From IMG/VR virus record IMGVR_UViG_2595698595_000001, positions 155,373 through 219,372 of that record: 64,000 nt of DNA; one strand, given 5' to 3'. This DNA comes from a virus (Duplodnaviria; Caudoviricetes). Positions 25,772 to 35,353 of this stretch are shown piece after piece. The notes under the pieces were generated by a model, which did not search any database, was not told the DNA's origin, and saw nothing but the letters and a program-made list of their open reading frames with translations. Position 1 is the first letter of the stretch, and every line of letters starts with the position of its first letter. Both the position numbers and the translations under genes were made by a program.

Positions 25772-27781
25772 ATGAAAACTCAGAAACTATTAATATCGTT
25801 AGTTCTATTTATTACGACATTAACGACATTCGCTCAAAACGATTTGAAAGTTCGTACAAGATCAGCAGATGGATATCTTCAAACTGATTACTTTCTAAAC
25901 GTTCCAAAAAGATTAACAATTCCTTCAGGTCCTACTGAAACATTAAATTCGAGTTTAATCGATACTACTAAACAAGCTTCATTATTCTTCAACACTACAA
26001 CTAAGAAACTTAGAGCATTCGATCCAGTTGGAATGTCATGGGCTGATGTTGTAGCTGGAGGAAGTGACAGTCCTATTAAACTTAACAATAGCACTATTTA
26101 CGATTCTAGAACTTCTAATTACTCAAACAATAACAGTATTTTTCTAGGTGATATGGCTGGAAGAAATGCCACTAATGCTAACAATTCGATAATACTTGGT
26201 TATTATTCTGGTAATAATGCAACTAATTCTAGAAATTCTGTATTTATTGGTAACAGTACAGGTAATGGTGCTACAGCCGCAAACGAATCTGTATTTCTAG
26301 GTAGCTACGCAGGTGATGGTGCTACAGGTGCACATAGCTCAATAATGTTAGGAGAAAATGCAGGTTATAATGCAACAGGTGCTAGTATGTCTATTCTTTT
26401 AGGGAAACAGGCAGGTAAAGGTTTTACTGATAATGGTAATGTAAATACTATAGGAACTAATAATATCATCATTGGTAGAAATATATCATTACCAAACGCA
26501 TTCACGAATGGTATAAATATCGGTGGTATTCTTTTTGGTACTGGAACTAATGCTATTACAGGACTTAATCCAGTAATAACCCCAGTAATTGGTGGTAAAA
26601 TTGGTATAGGTGTTATACCAACAACTAGTACTTTTGAAGTTGCTGGAACTGGTTCGTTTACTGGAACTGTTAAAGGTTCTAACGCAATAAATGCTAACGA
26701 ATTCGCAACAAAAGGTCAAATGGACGCTCAATCAGTTATAGAAGGTGTTGACGTCAGTGGTAGATTAGCTTATAGATTGAGAGGTATTGGAGCGTTAGCT
26801 GGTGGTGCTGGATCAATAAATCTTTCATCTGCTCCAGTTAGTCAAGCTGTTGGTGAAAATTCAGTAATCATAGGTGTTGGTGCTGCTGATGCAACATCGT
26901 CAATAAAAGCCAATGGGAACAATTCCGTTATCATTGGAGGTAATGCAGGACAGGGTGGTACATTAAGTACAACAGGTAACGGTATTTTATTAGGAGGTAA
27001 TGTATATGCAGGTGGAAAAATATCATCAAATGGTACGACTATAAAATTAGATGCAGCTAATAGTAATGTAACAAACAATGGTACTATCATAGCATCAAGT
27101 ATATCACAGGGTACGCATACATTTGAGTCAGCTACATCGATTTTTTCATCATATTTAACGTCACCTTCGTTCGAATTTAATCTTAGACCTAATATACTTT
27201 TGGGTGTTAGATTTGATAGAGGTGCTATTAAACTAGGTAAAGGTACAAACGAAGACAGTGAATCAAATGCTACTATGATAGGTGGGTATTATCATGCTAG
27301 TATCTCAGACATGTCAACCAATATAACATCAAATGGTAGAGGTAATGTCATCATTGGAGGTTTTGAACAAACATCATCTACTAACAAAACTATTAATAAA
27401 TTTGCATACGGTAATGGTTCAGTTTTACTTGGTGGTACTGGATTACAATCTAATACACATGCGGCTGTTACTATGGGTGTATATAACGATCCAATAATAA
27501 CAACTAAACGAAACAGTTATGTTGCTACTGATCCTATTTTCATAATAGGTAATGGTACAAGTGATGTAGCACGTAGTAATTCGTACGTGATGCATGGTAA
27601 CGGTAATTCTTTACAGATTGGAACAGCTACAGCTAAACAATTTAACGTATCTAATCTTAATGAAGCACCAACCTCAGCTACAGACACAGGTACGATAGGT
27701 GAGATAAGAATAACAGCTGATTACATTTACATATGCGTTGGTGCTAACGAATGGAAACGTACAGCATTATCAACTTGGTAA
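25772..27781 (+). CDS. signal-peptide-bearing adhesin/fibre-like protein with Hep-Hag-type repeats
   Basis: MKTQKLLISLVLFITTLTTFA-Q signal; tandem 17-aa S(I/V)(F/I)LG..AG..AT.A repeats; fibre-like C-terminus GEIRITADYIYICVGANEWKR. Confidence 0.6.
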   Translation: MKTQKLLISLVLFITTLTTFAQNDLKVRTRSADGYLQTDYFLNVPKRLTIPSGPTETLNSSLIDTTKQASLFFNTTTKKLRAFDPVGMSWADVVAGGSDSPIKLNNSTIYDSRTSNYSNNNSIFLGDMAGRNATNANNSIILGYYSGNNATNSRNSVFIGNSTGNGATAANESVFLGSYAGDGATGAHSSIMLGENAGYNATGASMSILLGKQAGKGFTDNGNVNTIGTNNIIIGRNISLPNAFTNGINIGGILFGTGTNAITGLNPVITPVIGGKIGIGVIPTTSTFEVAGTGSFTGTVKGSNAINANEFATKGQMDAQSVIEGVDVSGRLAYRLRGIGALAGGAGSINLSSAPVSQAVGENSVIIGVGAADATSSIKANGNNSVIIGGNAGQGGTLSTTGNGILLGGNVYAGGKISSNGTTIKLDAANSNVTNNGTIIASSISQGTHTFESATSIFSSYLTSPSFEFNLRPNILLGVRFDRGAIKLGKGTNEDSESNATMIGGYYHASISDMSTNITSNGRGNVIIGGFEQTSSTNKTINKFAYGNGSVLLGGTGLQSNTHAAVTMGVYNDPIITTKRNSYVATDPIFIIGNGTSDVARSNSYVMHGNGNSLQIGTATAKQFNVSNLNEAPTSATDTGTIGEIRITADYIYICVGANEWKRTALSTW

Positions 27782-27814
27782 AAATATACATATATCAATT
27801 AAACAAAATAGACC

Positions 27815-28339
27815 ATGAAAAGTTTTATAGTTAAGCATTTAGTTTTCGATTGGAAATTCAAAACTAATGTATTCTTCATTTTTGCAAATATTTTCATATT
27901 TGCTGTTCCACATGCTTATATTACGTCATTACGTGTTGGAAACATATTCGCATGTTCTGTAGCATTACTGTATTTGATAGCAATGATTCTAAAGAAACGT
28001 GAGAAAGCTGTAATAGTTTCTTCAGTACCTAGACCATATCTTATCATATTTGGAGGTCTGTCTATAGTAGCTGCGATTAGTATAGCTTTAGATTTACCGA
28101 CAATACCAAGTTTTATAGCAGCGTTCTTAGTATCATGGGTTATCTATTTACTTCCTTTGATTTATCAAAAGATTTTTGGTAGATTCACTTGGAATGATTT
28201 AGATGACTCTCAAAAATGGCAATTAGGTTTAGCTGAAGGTGGTGGTTACATAACTCCTGGAAAGGAAATTATGACGGAAGAAAACTGGAAAGAATGGAGG
28301 GATTTAGATCATAAATTTAAACTAGAATTATTCGGATAA
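27815..28339 (+). CDS. multi-pass membrane protein
   Basis: About four hydrophobic helices; TATACATA at 27785-27792 upstream. Confidence 0.6.
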   Translation: MKSFIVKHLVFDWKFKTNVFFIFANIFIFAVPHAYITSLRVGNIFACSVALLYLIAMILKKREKAVIVSSVPRPYLIIFGGLSIVAAISIALDLPTIPSFIAAFLVSWVIYLLPLIYQKIFGRFTWNDLDDSQKWQLGLAEGGGYITPGKEIMTEENWKEWRDLDHKFKLELFG

Positions 28340-28340
28340 A

Positions 28341-29084
28341 ATGTCTCATCAAACATACGGAATTGTAGCAGATATCTCTGACCCTATGAAGAAATCTAGG
28401 GTCAGAGTTCGTGTGTTTACTAGAACAGATGACGAGAGTAAAATCTCAACAGACCTGTTACCTTGGTACACACTTCATGGTAACACGAATTTACATTCAT
28501 TACCAGCATTGAACGAAATCGTTAAAGTACATTTATACGATGACGATATTCATGTTGGTGAATACGAAAGAATAAAATCAACTTATCTAGCTTTATCTGA
28601 TGAAGATTACAAATCTGGTAGAATTCTATTGTCAGAAAATCTTGACAACTTCGAAGATTCTGGCATAGTAGAAGTATCATATCGTAAAGAAACTGGATTA
28701 GAACTACAACTTCGTGAATCTAAAGTAACAATTAGAAAGGACGGATCGATTTCGTTATACAATAAAGAATATGACAAGTACATACATCTTTCTAACGAAT
28801 CGATTTCATTAGGATCGGATCAAAAATCTGCAGAACCTGGAACTCTTGGTCAGACTAACGTTGATATGCTAAATCAATTAAATGATACTATCAATACGTT
28901 AAGAGATGACTTATCAAGCTTTCTTAAGGATCAAGCTAAATTAGCTTTATCGAATCCTAGAACCGCACATTTAGCAAAGGGTTACATAAAATGTGATGCT
29001 ACGATAACTAAACTTACATCAACTTTCAAAAAGAATAGTAGCGATTTCGAAAAGACTAAATCTAAAATAGTAACATTGGATTAA
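28341..29084 (+). CDS. gp5/gpV-like baseplate hub/spike protein
   Basis: YGIVADISDPMKKSRVRVRVF...LPW OB-fold signature followed by beta-rich segment. Confidence 0.7.
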   Translation: MSHQTYGIVADISDPMKKSRVRVRVFTRTDDESKISTDLLPWYTLHGNTNLHSLPALNEIVKVHLYDDDIHVGEYERIKSTYLALSDEDYKSGRILLSENLDNFEDSGIVEVSYRKETGLELQLRESKVTIRKDGSISLYNKEYDKYIHLSNESISLGSDQKSAEPGTLGQTNVDMLNQLNDTINTLRDDLSSFLKDQAKLALSNPRTAHLAKGYIKCDATITKLTSTFKKNSSDFEKTKSKIVTLD

Positions 29085-29099
29085 AATAATACATATATC

Positions 29100-30065
29100 A
29101 TGAACACAAATTATTCATTACCTACAGTTCCAGAAGTTAAATCTAATGTTACATATACATTATCTGAATCAGCTTCAAAGGGTTCTAATTTTGTATTACT
29201 AGATCGTAAACTTGACGAACGATTTGAAATCGTTAGTGTTCAAGGTAACGTTCATATGATCGTAAGCTCCGTTAAAAGGGAAAACGGTAAAGTATATAAC
29301 GAAATATATCCAGCTTTATTATCTAACGTATCTTCAGGTTATGAAATTTCATGTTTATTATATAATCGAAACAATAACAATCTGATACTATCTTCTGAGA
29401 ATAATTATGATCTGATTTCAAGATTCATGATTTTAGCTGAAGAACTTAAATCTCTGTTCAAACAGTTATCTTCAGTTACTCTTAAATTACCTGATGATGC
29501 TTATAAGATAGCAGTTCGTAACGGTTTTACAGGAACTGAACAACAATGGTTATCTTCGTTAAAAGGTAAGGATGGTATATCTCTTGATCCAGCTTTATAT
29601 GTTACTTCTATTATCTTTAATCAAACAGTTAACGATCTTAATGCTAGAATAGATGCTATCGAAATTCCAAGTATATCAATGACATTGAACACTTGGGATA
29701 ATCAAAGATCATATTCTGAAAACGAATTCTGTTCTAAAATATTAACTAACGGATTTGAATTAATGTTCAAATCTAAAACTGATGATAATTTAGATAATGA
29801 TCCTATTTCAGATTCAACTAATTGGGAATGTATAAACAATTCTAAAAAGGTAATATTTGATGCTGACAATACTAAAGATGAAACTGAAATAATCGTAGAT
29901 TCTGAACTAAGATTATTATTCGGTAACTATCCTACTGTTAATACTTACGAAGATGGTATCGAACAAATGTCATGTATCGTAAGACGTGAAGTTGACGTTA
30001 ACGATGATTTAGTTAAACTTATCATAGTAACAAACAAATTAAATTACAAAATCATATTATCGTAA
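29100..30065 (+). CDS. putative tail/fibre-associated structural protein
   Basis: AYKIAVRNGFTGTEQQWLSSLKG motif common in phage fibre proteins; late motif upstream. Confidence 0.5.
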   Translation: MNTNYSLPTVPEVKSNVTYTLSESASKGSNFVLLDRKLDERFEIVSVQGNVHMIVSSVKRENGKVYNEIYPALLSNVSSGYEISCLLYNRNNNNLILSSENNYDLISRFMILAEELKSLFKQLSSVTLKLPDDAYKIAVRNGFTGTEQQWLSSLKGKDGISLDPALYVTSIIFNQTVNDLNARIDAIEIPSISMTLNTWDNQRSYSENEFCSKILTNGFELMFKSKTDDNLDNDPISDSTNWECINNSKKVIFDADNTKDETEIIVDSELRLLFGNYPTVNTYEDGIEQMSCIVRREVDVNDDLVKLIIVTNKLNYKIILS

Positions 30066-30820
30066 TGGATTTATTAGTAATAAGAGATTTAGCTACAGAT
30101 AACGAAACATTAGGTAAACTATATATCGATGGTAAGTTTTTCTGTTATACATTGGAAGACGTTTCAAGACCTGTAAAATTGTACGGTGATACTTGTATTC
30201 CTTATGACGATAACTATAAAGTTAAGACTACTAATTCACCTAGATTCGGTAGACCTTTACCTTTAGTTTGGAATAACTCTAAAGACGAATCCGTAACTAA
30301 TAGAAATGGTGACAGATGGTCGGGTATTCGTTTCCATGGTGGTAATCATCATATGCATACTTTAGGATGTTTATTAGTAGCTAAGAATAGATACGATAAT
30401 AAACCTACGAAATTCGATTACAAAGGAAAGACTTATACTTTCGATAATTGGATTCAAGGTAGTATGATTGATCCGTTAGTTGCAAAACTTGGAAAGAATA
30501 CTTCGAATATGAAGATAGTTTTATCAGATAGTTTCAAAGATTTAAGAACTATCAATACTGATAAAATCAATTTCAGTTTTAAAGTAAACGAATTAGATAA
30601 TTCAGATACTTTAAAAATTAAGAACGCTTTGATTAAACATGGATATCCAATTGAAGATAGTAAGTTCGATTGGGTTATGCAAGAATACGTATACATGTTT
30701 CAGAAAGCTAATGGAATAAATCCAAACGGTATCGTTAACAAAGAAACTATGACAGCTTTAGGTCTGTTATGGGATGATTACGAATTAGTTGAACCAATCG
30801 ATCATTTAAAAATCAAATAA
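30065..30820 (+). CDS. DUF5675-family putative peptidoglycan hydrolase with C-terminal PG-binding domain
   Basis: TLGKLYIDG.FFCYTLED, CIP, SPRF, GIRFHGGN...TLGCLLV; FQKANGINPNGIV PGBD. Confidence 0.75.
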   Translation: MDLLVIRDLATDNETLGKLYIDGKFFCYTLEDVSRPVKLYGDTCIPYDDNYKVKTTNSPRFGRPLPLVWNNSKDESVTNRNGDRWSGIRFHGGNHHMHTLGCLLVAKNRYDNKPTKFDYKGKTYTFDNWIQGSMIDPLVAKLGKNTSNMKIVLSDSFKDLRTINTDKINFSFKVNELDNSDTLKIKNALIKHGYPIEDSKFDWVMQEYVYMFQKANGINPNGIVNKETMTALGLLWDDYELVEPIDHLKIK

Positions 30821-31104
30821 TGTCACTATCTAGTAAAGTAACAGCTTTAGGAAAGGATATAGAAAAAGCTAGTAAAGAAGCTATGAAATCAGCAATGAAA
30901 TCAGCTGACAAAATTTCAGTGGTTGAAGCTAATACTTCTGATGATATATCTGAAACTTATTCTGAAAGATTCGCTTCGGAATTTGGAAAATCGTTTGGTC
31001 CTAAATTAGCTGAATTGATAAAGGACTATGTTCAGGATGCTGAAGTAAAACACGTACTAACTGCACCTAACGGTCCAGTTAAAGGAGAAATAAAATTGCT
31101 ATAA
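30820..31104 (+). CDS. hypothetical virion-module protein
   Basis: TAATG-coupled in late module. Confidence 0.55.
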   Translation: MSLSSKVTALGKDIEKASKEAMKSAMKSADKISVVEANTSDDISETYSERFASEFGKSFGPKLAELIKDYVQDAEVKHVLTAPNGPVKGEIKLL

Positions 31105-31106
31105 AA

Positions 31107-31931
31107 ATGACAGAACCTCAAAATCCAGATTTCGGTGGTATACAGCTAACAGAAGCTGATTACTCTTTCATGACTTTCATACAATCTGAGATTTCAGAAG
31201 ACGGTCAAATACCTTTCGAATATCCATTAGAATCTATGCCAAAAGTCATAAAGAAATGTGCATTGTTTTTCTATACAGAATACGATTTAGCTGTTCAAGA
31301 AGAATGGCTAATGATAAAGTATTCTGATATTCGTGACACTAATCAAAATCAATCTATAAGATTACCTGATGATATTCAAAACGTTTACGAATTGAAGGTT
31401 ATCAATCAAAATAGTTGTATGGCTTGTGGTAACATGGCTAAGTTCGCACCTTGGGGTATGTTATCGTATATGTCAGGACCTATGAACGGTTCATATTCTT
31501 CTATAAGTAGACAACGTTCAACTATGTTCAATAACTTATATGACAGAGAAATGGGATTTCAGGAAGGTCTTATAAGAATGTTTGAAGTTCAGCAATATGA
31601 ATCTCTGTTTACAAAAGGAGTAAGATTTAATTACAATCAGAACACGCATAAACTATTGATACAAGGTGCTTATAACGGTGATTTAGTTCTTTCAGTATTT
31701 AAACGAATTCCTCCGGAAGATTTGTATAACGATAGATTGTTCATCGAATATGTTACAGCAGCATGTCTAATGCGTGTTAAACGTATCATAAATTCTTTCG
31801 ATTTCCAATATCCTGGAAATGTTAAACTGAATGTCGATGAAATCACAGCTGACGCTAAAGAACGTTTCGATAAAGTTGAAGATTATATCAAGGAAACTAG
31901 TAACGGTTCCGATTTGATACTAATGAGTTAA
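31107..31931 (+). CDS. neck/head-completion protein (T4 gp13-like)
   Basis: FNYNQNTHKLLIQG and PGNVKLNVDEI..DAKE resemble gp13-family motifs; size and position fit. Confidence 0.55.
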   Translation: MTEPQNPDFGGIQLTEADYSFMTFIQSEISEDGQIPFEYPLESMPKVIKKCALFFYTEYDLAVQEEWLMIKYSDIRDTNQNQSIRLPDDIQNVYELKVINQNSCMACGNMAKFAPWGMLSYMSGPMNGSYSSISRQRSTMFNNLYDREMGFQEGLIRMFEVQQYESLFTKGVRFNYNQNTHKLLIQGAYNGDLVLSVFKRIPPEDLYNDRLFIEYVTAACLMRVKRIINSFDFQYPGNVKLNVDEITADAKERFDKVEDYIKETSNGSDLILMS

Positions 31932-31952
31932 AAGTTACATGATCATTAATAC

Positions 31953-31997
31953 GAAACCTGTTAGAGAAATCTAACAGGTTTCTTTGTTTTATACATA
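31953..31997 (+). terminator. GAAA-tetraloop terminator followed by TATACATA (31990-31997)
   Basis: GAAACCTGTTAGA-GAAA-TCTAACAGGTTTC then TTTGTTTT. Confidence 0.8.
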
Positions 31998-32032
31998 AAC
32001 TATAACGCATAAAAGAATAGATATTTGAACTT

Positions 32033-35000
32033 ATGGCTAACAATCAAACTAGGGCTGAAAACTCACTATCTGAACAACTTAGACAATTGAATCTTAATTC
32101 AAACAATATCGTTGATATTATGAATGCTATTCAAGAAGCTATAACTTCTGATAAAGTTTCTGTACCTTTTACAATTAAACATCCTGATGGAACTGAAACA
32201 ACTATTCAGTTACCTACGAATACTTCATTGTATAACGAATTAAAAATAGTCTTATCGAATCAAAAGCAAATACTTGGTCTTAATGAATCTGGTCAAAAAG
32301 CTGTAGTATTTCAAGATGGGGTAAGACGTAGTATTGTTCTTTCGTCATATGATAGAATGTTACAGAATTGGCAAAACATAACAAGACTTGAAGACGTTAA
32401 GTTATTGAACAAGTCTATTGTTATGAACTTTATGAATCCAGTTTCTTCAGTAGCTTTCGATTTACCTTCAAACATTCTATCGACAAATCAAGTATTCGTA
32501 AAGAAAATAACTGTATCTAAAGAATTCATAACGAATAATACTAACGAATTCGAATATTACGATTTAATACAAGCACTTAGAAATAGTGATACAGTTTTCA
32601 AAGAATATGAAGACGTATATGACACTGAACCTAGAGTTCAAAGATTTTATGGTAATTTCGATGTTCTTAAGATTACACCTTTGGATAATGGTACAAGTAA
32701 TGTCGAACTAGAATCATTGAATTACTCTGATACAGAATCTATATCAAATACTAGAGAATTAGATGCTGGGGATTATCTAACTAACGCTGAAGGTACTAGT
32801 AAGTATCTTGTAACTTCAGTAAATAAAACTACAAAAGTTGCAAATGTTAAACGTGTTGGTGGTTTTGACGCTATATCGGTTGGTGTAAAACAATTGAATC
32901 TTACTGTAGATATCGAAAACGAGCAAAGACGTTTACATGTTCCAATCAATGGTAATTCATATCAATATGTTTTCTTAGCACCTGTTAATGTCGATACTAG
33001 TGTAAGAACTGAATTATCTAAATCGTATAGAATAGATTCAGACGAATTGGTAGTTATCGAAGATTCTGCTAGATTACCATTCAATGCTTATTTCAATCAG
33101 AAGGTTCAAAATATAGGTTCGTATCTTTCTTCATTAATTGAAGAATCTACAATTCCGTTAAGCTTAGGTATTAAACCAGATCGACCACAAGTTGATTCAT
33201 CCTTCTTCCAAGTTGTTCAAGTTAACGAACATTTAATGGATAATACTGACATTAAGAAGATTAATCAGATGCTTACTGAAAAATCTAAAGTATATGCGCA
33301 AATCGTAGCTTTAGAAAATTCGATAAGGGATATTTCTAGTCGTATTAATGCTGGAAAGTATAAGTCAGCTAAAGAACGTAGTCAGGATAGAAACGAACTT
33401 CAAAAATTATCCGGTGAACGTAATGATCGTTCAAAATACTACGATTCTTTGATTAGTGATATAGCTTCGAAAACTCAAAATGAGGATTTGACTACATTAA
33501 AACCTAAATACAGAATTCGTGGTTTCTGGCCAGTACAAGAACCAATATTCTCAGAGAATTCAAGACCTCAGAATATCATTTCGTATTTAGTTCAGTATCG
33601 ATACTTATCTCCTACGAAAGCTAATACAAGTTCACAAAGATTAACATATACTGATCAAGGTAAAGAATTAGTTGGTTCGTTTACAGATTGGAACATTTAT
33701 CCATCCGTAACTTTGAAAAAGGTTAAGAATATCGATGGTTCTTATGTATGGGACGCTATTGTAACAGAAGATTCTGATAAGACAAACATAAATCAGTTAG
33801 ATATTCCTATTAGAGCAGGTGAGAAGGTTCAGATAAGAATAAAAGCTATTTCAGAAGCTGGTTATCCAGTTTCAGGATTGGAATCTGATTGGTCTGAAAT
33901 AATTACTGTTGACTTTCCAAACGATTTACTAAATACCACTGATGTAATCGATCAAGTAAAATCAAATTTCGAAGACTTAAAACAAGTACAGATAAACGAA
34001 TTGTTTAGATCAAAAGGAATCGATGAACATTTAGCAACTTCATTCGTTGAACGTGATAAGTATTTCGCTCATAGTTCTCAACAGATAGCATCAGGTTTCT
34101 TAACTAACGAACAAACAACGATTTCATTGTTTGATTATCTTACAAAACAAGCTAACGATCTTACAAGACTTGAAGAATTGTTATCTAAACGTATGGCTAA
34201 TCTTTCTATTGATATAGTTGACGGTGATACTCAACAGTCTTACTCAGTTCAAAAGAATGCTACTATAAATCTTTTTGGTGGATATTACACTGAGAAAGTT
34301 GATTTATCAGAAGCTTCTAATTTCGGTGATATCGTTAGGAAACTTTTCTATATTCGTATAACAAACAAATCTGCTATTACAGCTGAGTTACTTTCTACAA
34401 GTCCTGGAGTATTATCTAACGATACTACAAATAACAATTACAATGTTATAGGAGTTGCTATAAGTGAGGACACAGTTCGTCAGAAAAATGGTCAAGTGTT
34501 ATACTTACGTAAGAATGATATATCAAGTTCGATTCCTTTGTATTCTGATGATTTCAGTTTGATTCCAACAACTATTCCATTAGCTGATATCGTAGCTGGT
34601 GCTGTCGTAACTGAACATAACGCTGTACATATAAATAATTCAGGAGACGTTGAATCGGTACAAGTAAAAGCTGATTCGGTAGATTTAAACTGGGTTGCGT
34701 TAAGTATCAATCATCCTTTCGTTATCGAATGGAAAGCTAATCCAAATACAACTACAATAGACAGAATCAAAACTGAATTACAAAGAGTTTCTAGATACAA
34801 TCAAGTTCATAAAGCTCCAGTTATTCAAAATGCTTATAATGCTTCAATGACAGCACCTTATAACGTAAATGATAAACATATTGTTGGTTATTTTACAACG
34901 GGTTCGAAATTCTTTATGTCTTCGAATACGTTTTCATCTATTCAGGTAGCTTCATCAGATGCTGGTGCTGTAAGAGAATTACATCCAGGTGATTCTAATG

Positions 35001-35269
35001 CTTTGTTAATTCCTATTGTAATGCAATATCGAATGACTGATGCTTTAGGTAGACCTAATGGTGTTTCGACAAACTCATTAAACGATACCTTCGATTACAA
35101 TAAACTTATAGGTATCGATATGATTATTAACAATGAACCTTTTAGATTTGACTTAAATGTTCAAGCTAAATTTAGAAGTACAACGTTATCAAATCATGAC
35201 ATATCAATCGATAAAGTGAATCTTGTTAACCAATTCCAAACTGGTAACACTTCACCACAAATATCATAA
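32033..35269 (+). CDS. large virion structural protein (baseplate-like; coiled coil and FN3-like segment)
   Basis: 1078 aa in late module; VQIRIKAISEAG...SDWSE FN3-like strand pattern. Confidence 0.5.
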   Translation: MANNQTRAENSLSEQLRQLNLNSNNIVDIMNAIQEAITSDKVSVPFTIKHPDGTETTIQLPTNTSLYNELKIVLSNQKQILGLNESGQKAVVFQDGVRRSIVLSSYDRMLQNWQNITRLEDVKLLNKSIVMNFMNPVSSVAFDLPSNILSTNQVFVKKITVSKEFITNNTNEFEYYDLIQALRNSDTVFKEYEDVYDTEPRVQRFYGNFDVLKITPLDNGTSNVELESLNYSDTESISNTRELDAGDYLTNAEGTSKYLVTSVNKTTKVANVKRVGGFDAISVGVKQLNLTVDIENEQRRLHVPINGNSYQYVFLAPVNVDTSVRTELSKSYRIDSDELVVIEDSARLPFNAYFNQKVQNIGSYLSSLIEESTIPLSLGIKPDRPQVDSSFFQVVQVNEHLMDNTDIKKINQMLTEKSKVYAQIVALENSIRDISSRINAGKYKSAKERSQDRNELQKLSGERNDRSKYYDSLISDIASKTQNEDLTTLKPKYRIRGFWPVQEPIFSENSRPQNIISYLVQYRYLSPTKANTSSQRLTYTDQGKELVGSFTDWNIYPSVTLKKVKNIDGSYVWDAIVTEDSDKTNINQLDIPIRAGEKVQIRIKAISEAGYPVSGLESDWSEIITVDFPNDLLNTTDVIDQVKSNFEDLKQVQINELFRSKGIDEHLATSFVERDKYFAHSSQQIASGFLTNEQTTISLFDYLTKQANDLTRLEELLSKRMANLSIDIVDGDTQQSYSVQKNATINLFGGYYTEKVDLSEASNFGDIVRKLFYIRITNKSAITAELLSTSPGVLSNDTTNNNYNVIGVAISEDTVRQKNGQVLYLRKNDISSSIPLYSDDFSLIPTTIPLADIVAGAVVTEHNAVHINNSGDVESVQVKADSVDLNWVALSINHPFVIEWKANPNTTTIDRIKTELQRVSRYNQVHKAPVIQNAYNASMTAPYNVNDKHIVGYFTTGSKFFMSSNTFSSIQVASSDAGAVRELHPGDSNALLIPIVMQYRMTDALGRPNGVSTNSLNDTFDYNKLIGIDMIINNEPFRFDLNVQAKFRSTTLSNHDISIDKVNLVNQFQTGNTSPQIS

Positions 35270-35293
35270 GACTTTTCTTTATGCGTAGAACTT

Positions 35294-35336
35294 GGTCGAT
35301 ATCGAAAGATATCGACCTTTCTTGTTTTTATACATA
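35294..35336 (+). terminator. GAAA-tetraloop terminator followed by TATACATA (35329-35336)
   Basis: GGTCGATATC-GAAA-GATATCGACC then TTTCTTGTTTT. Confidence 0.8.
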
Positions 35337-35353
35337 TTTCATAAGACTTTACT

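Noticed and set aside
26120-26420. Repeats in the adhesin-like gene as a diversity-generating retroelement or VNTR
   Set aside because: Degenerate protein-level repeats; no adenine-specific TR/VR pair or reverse transcriptase seen
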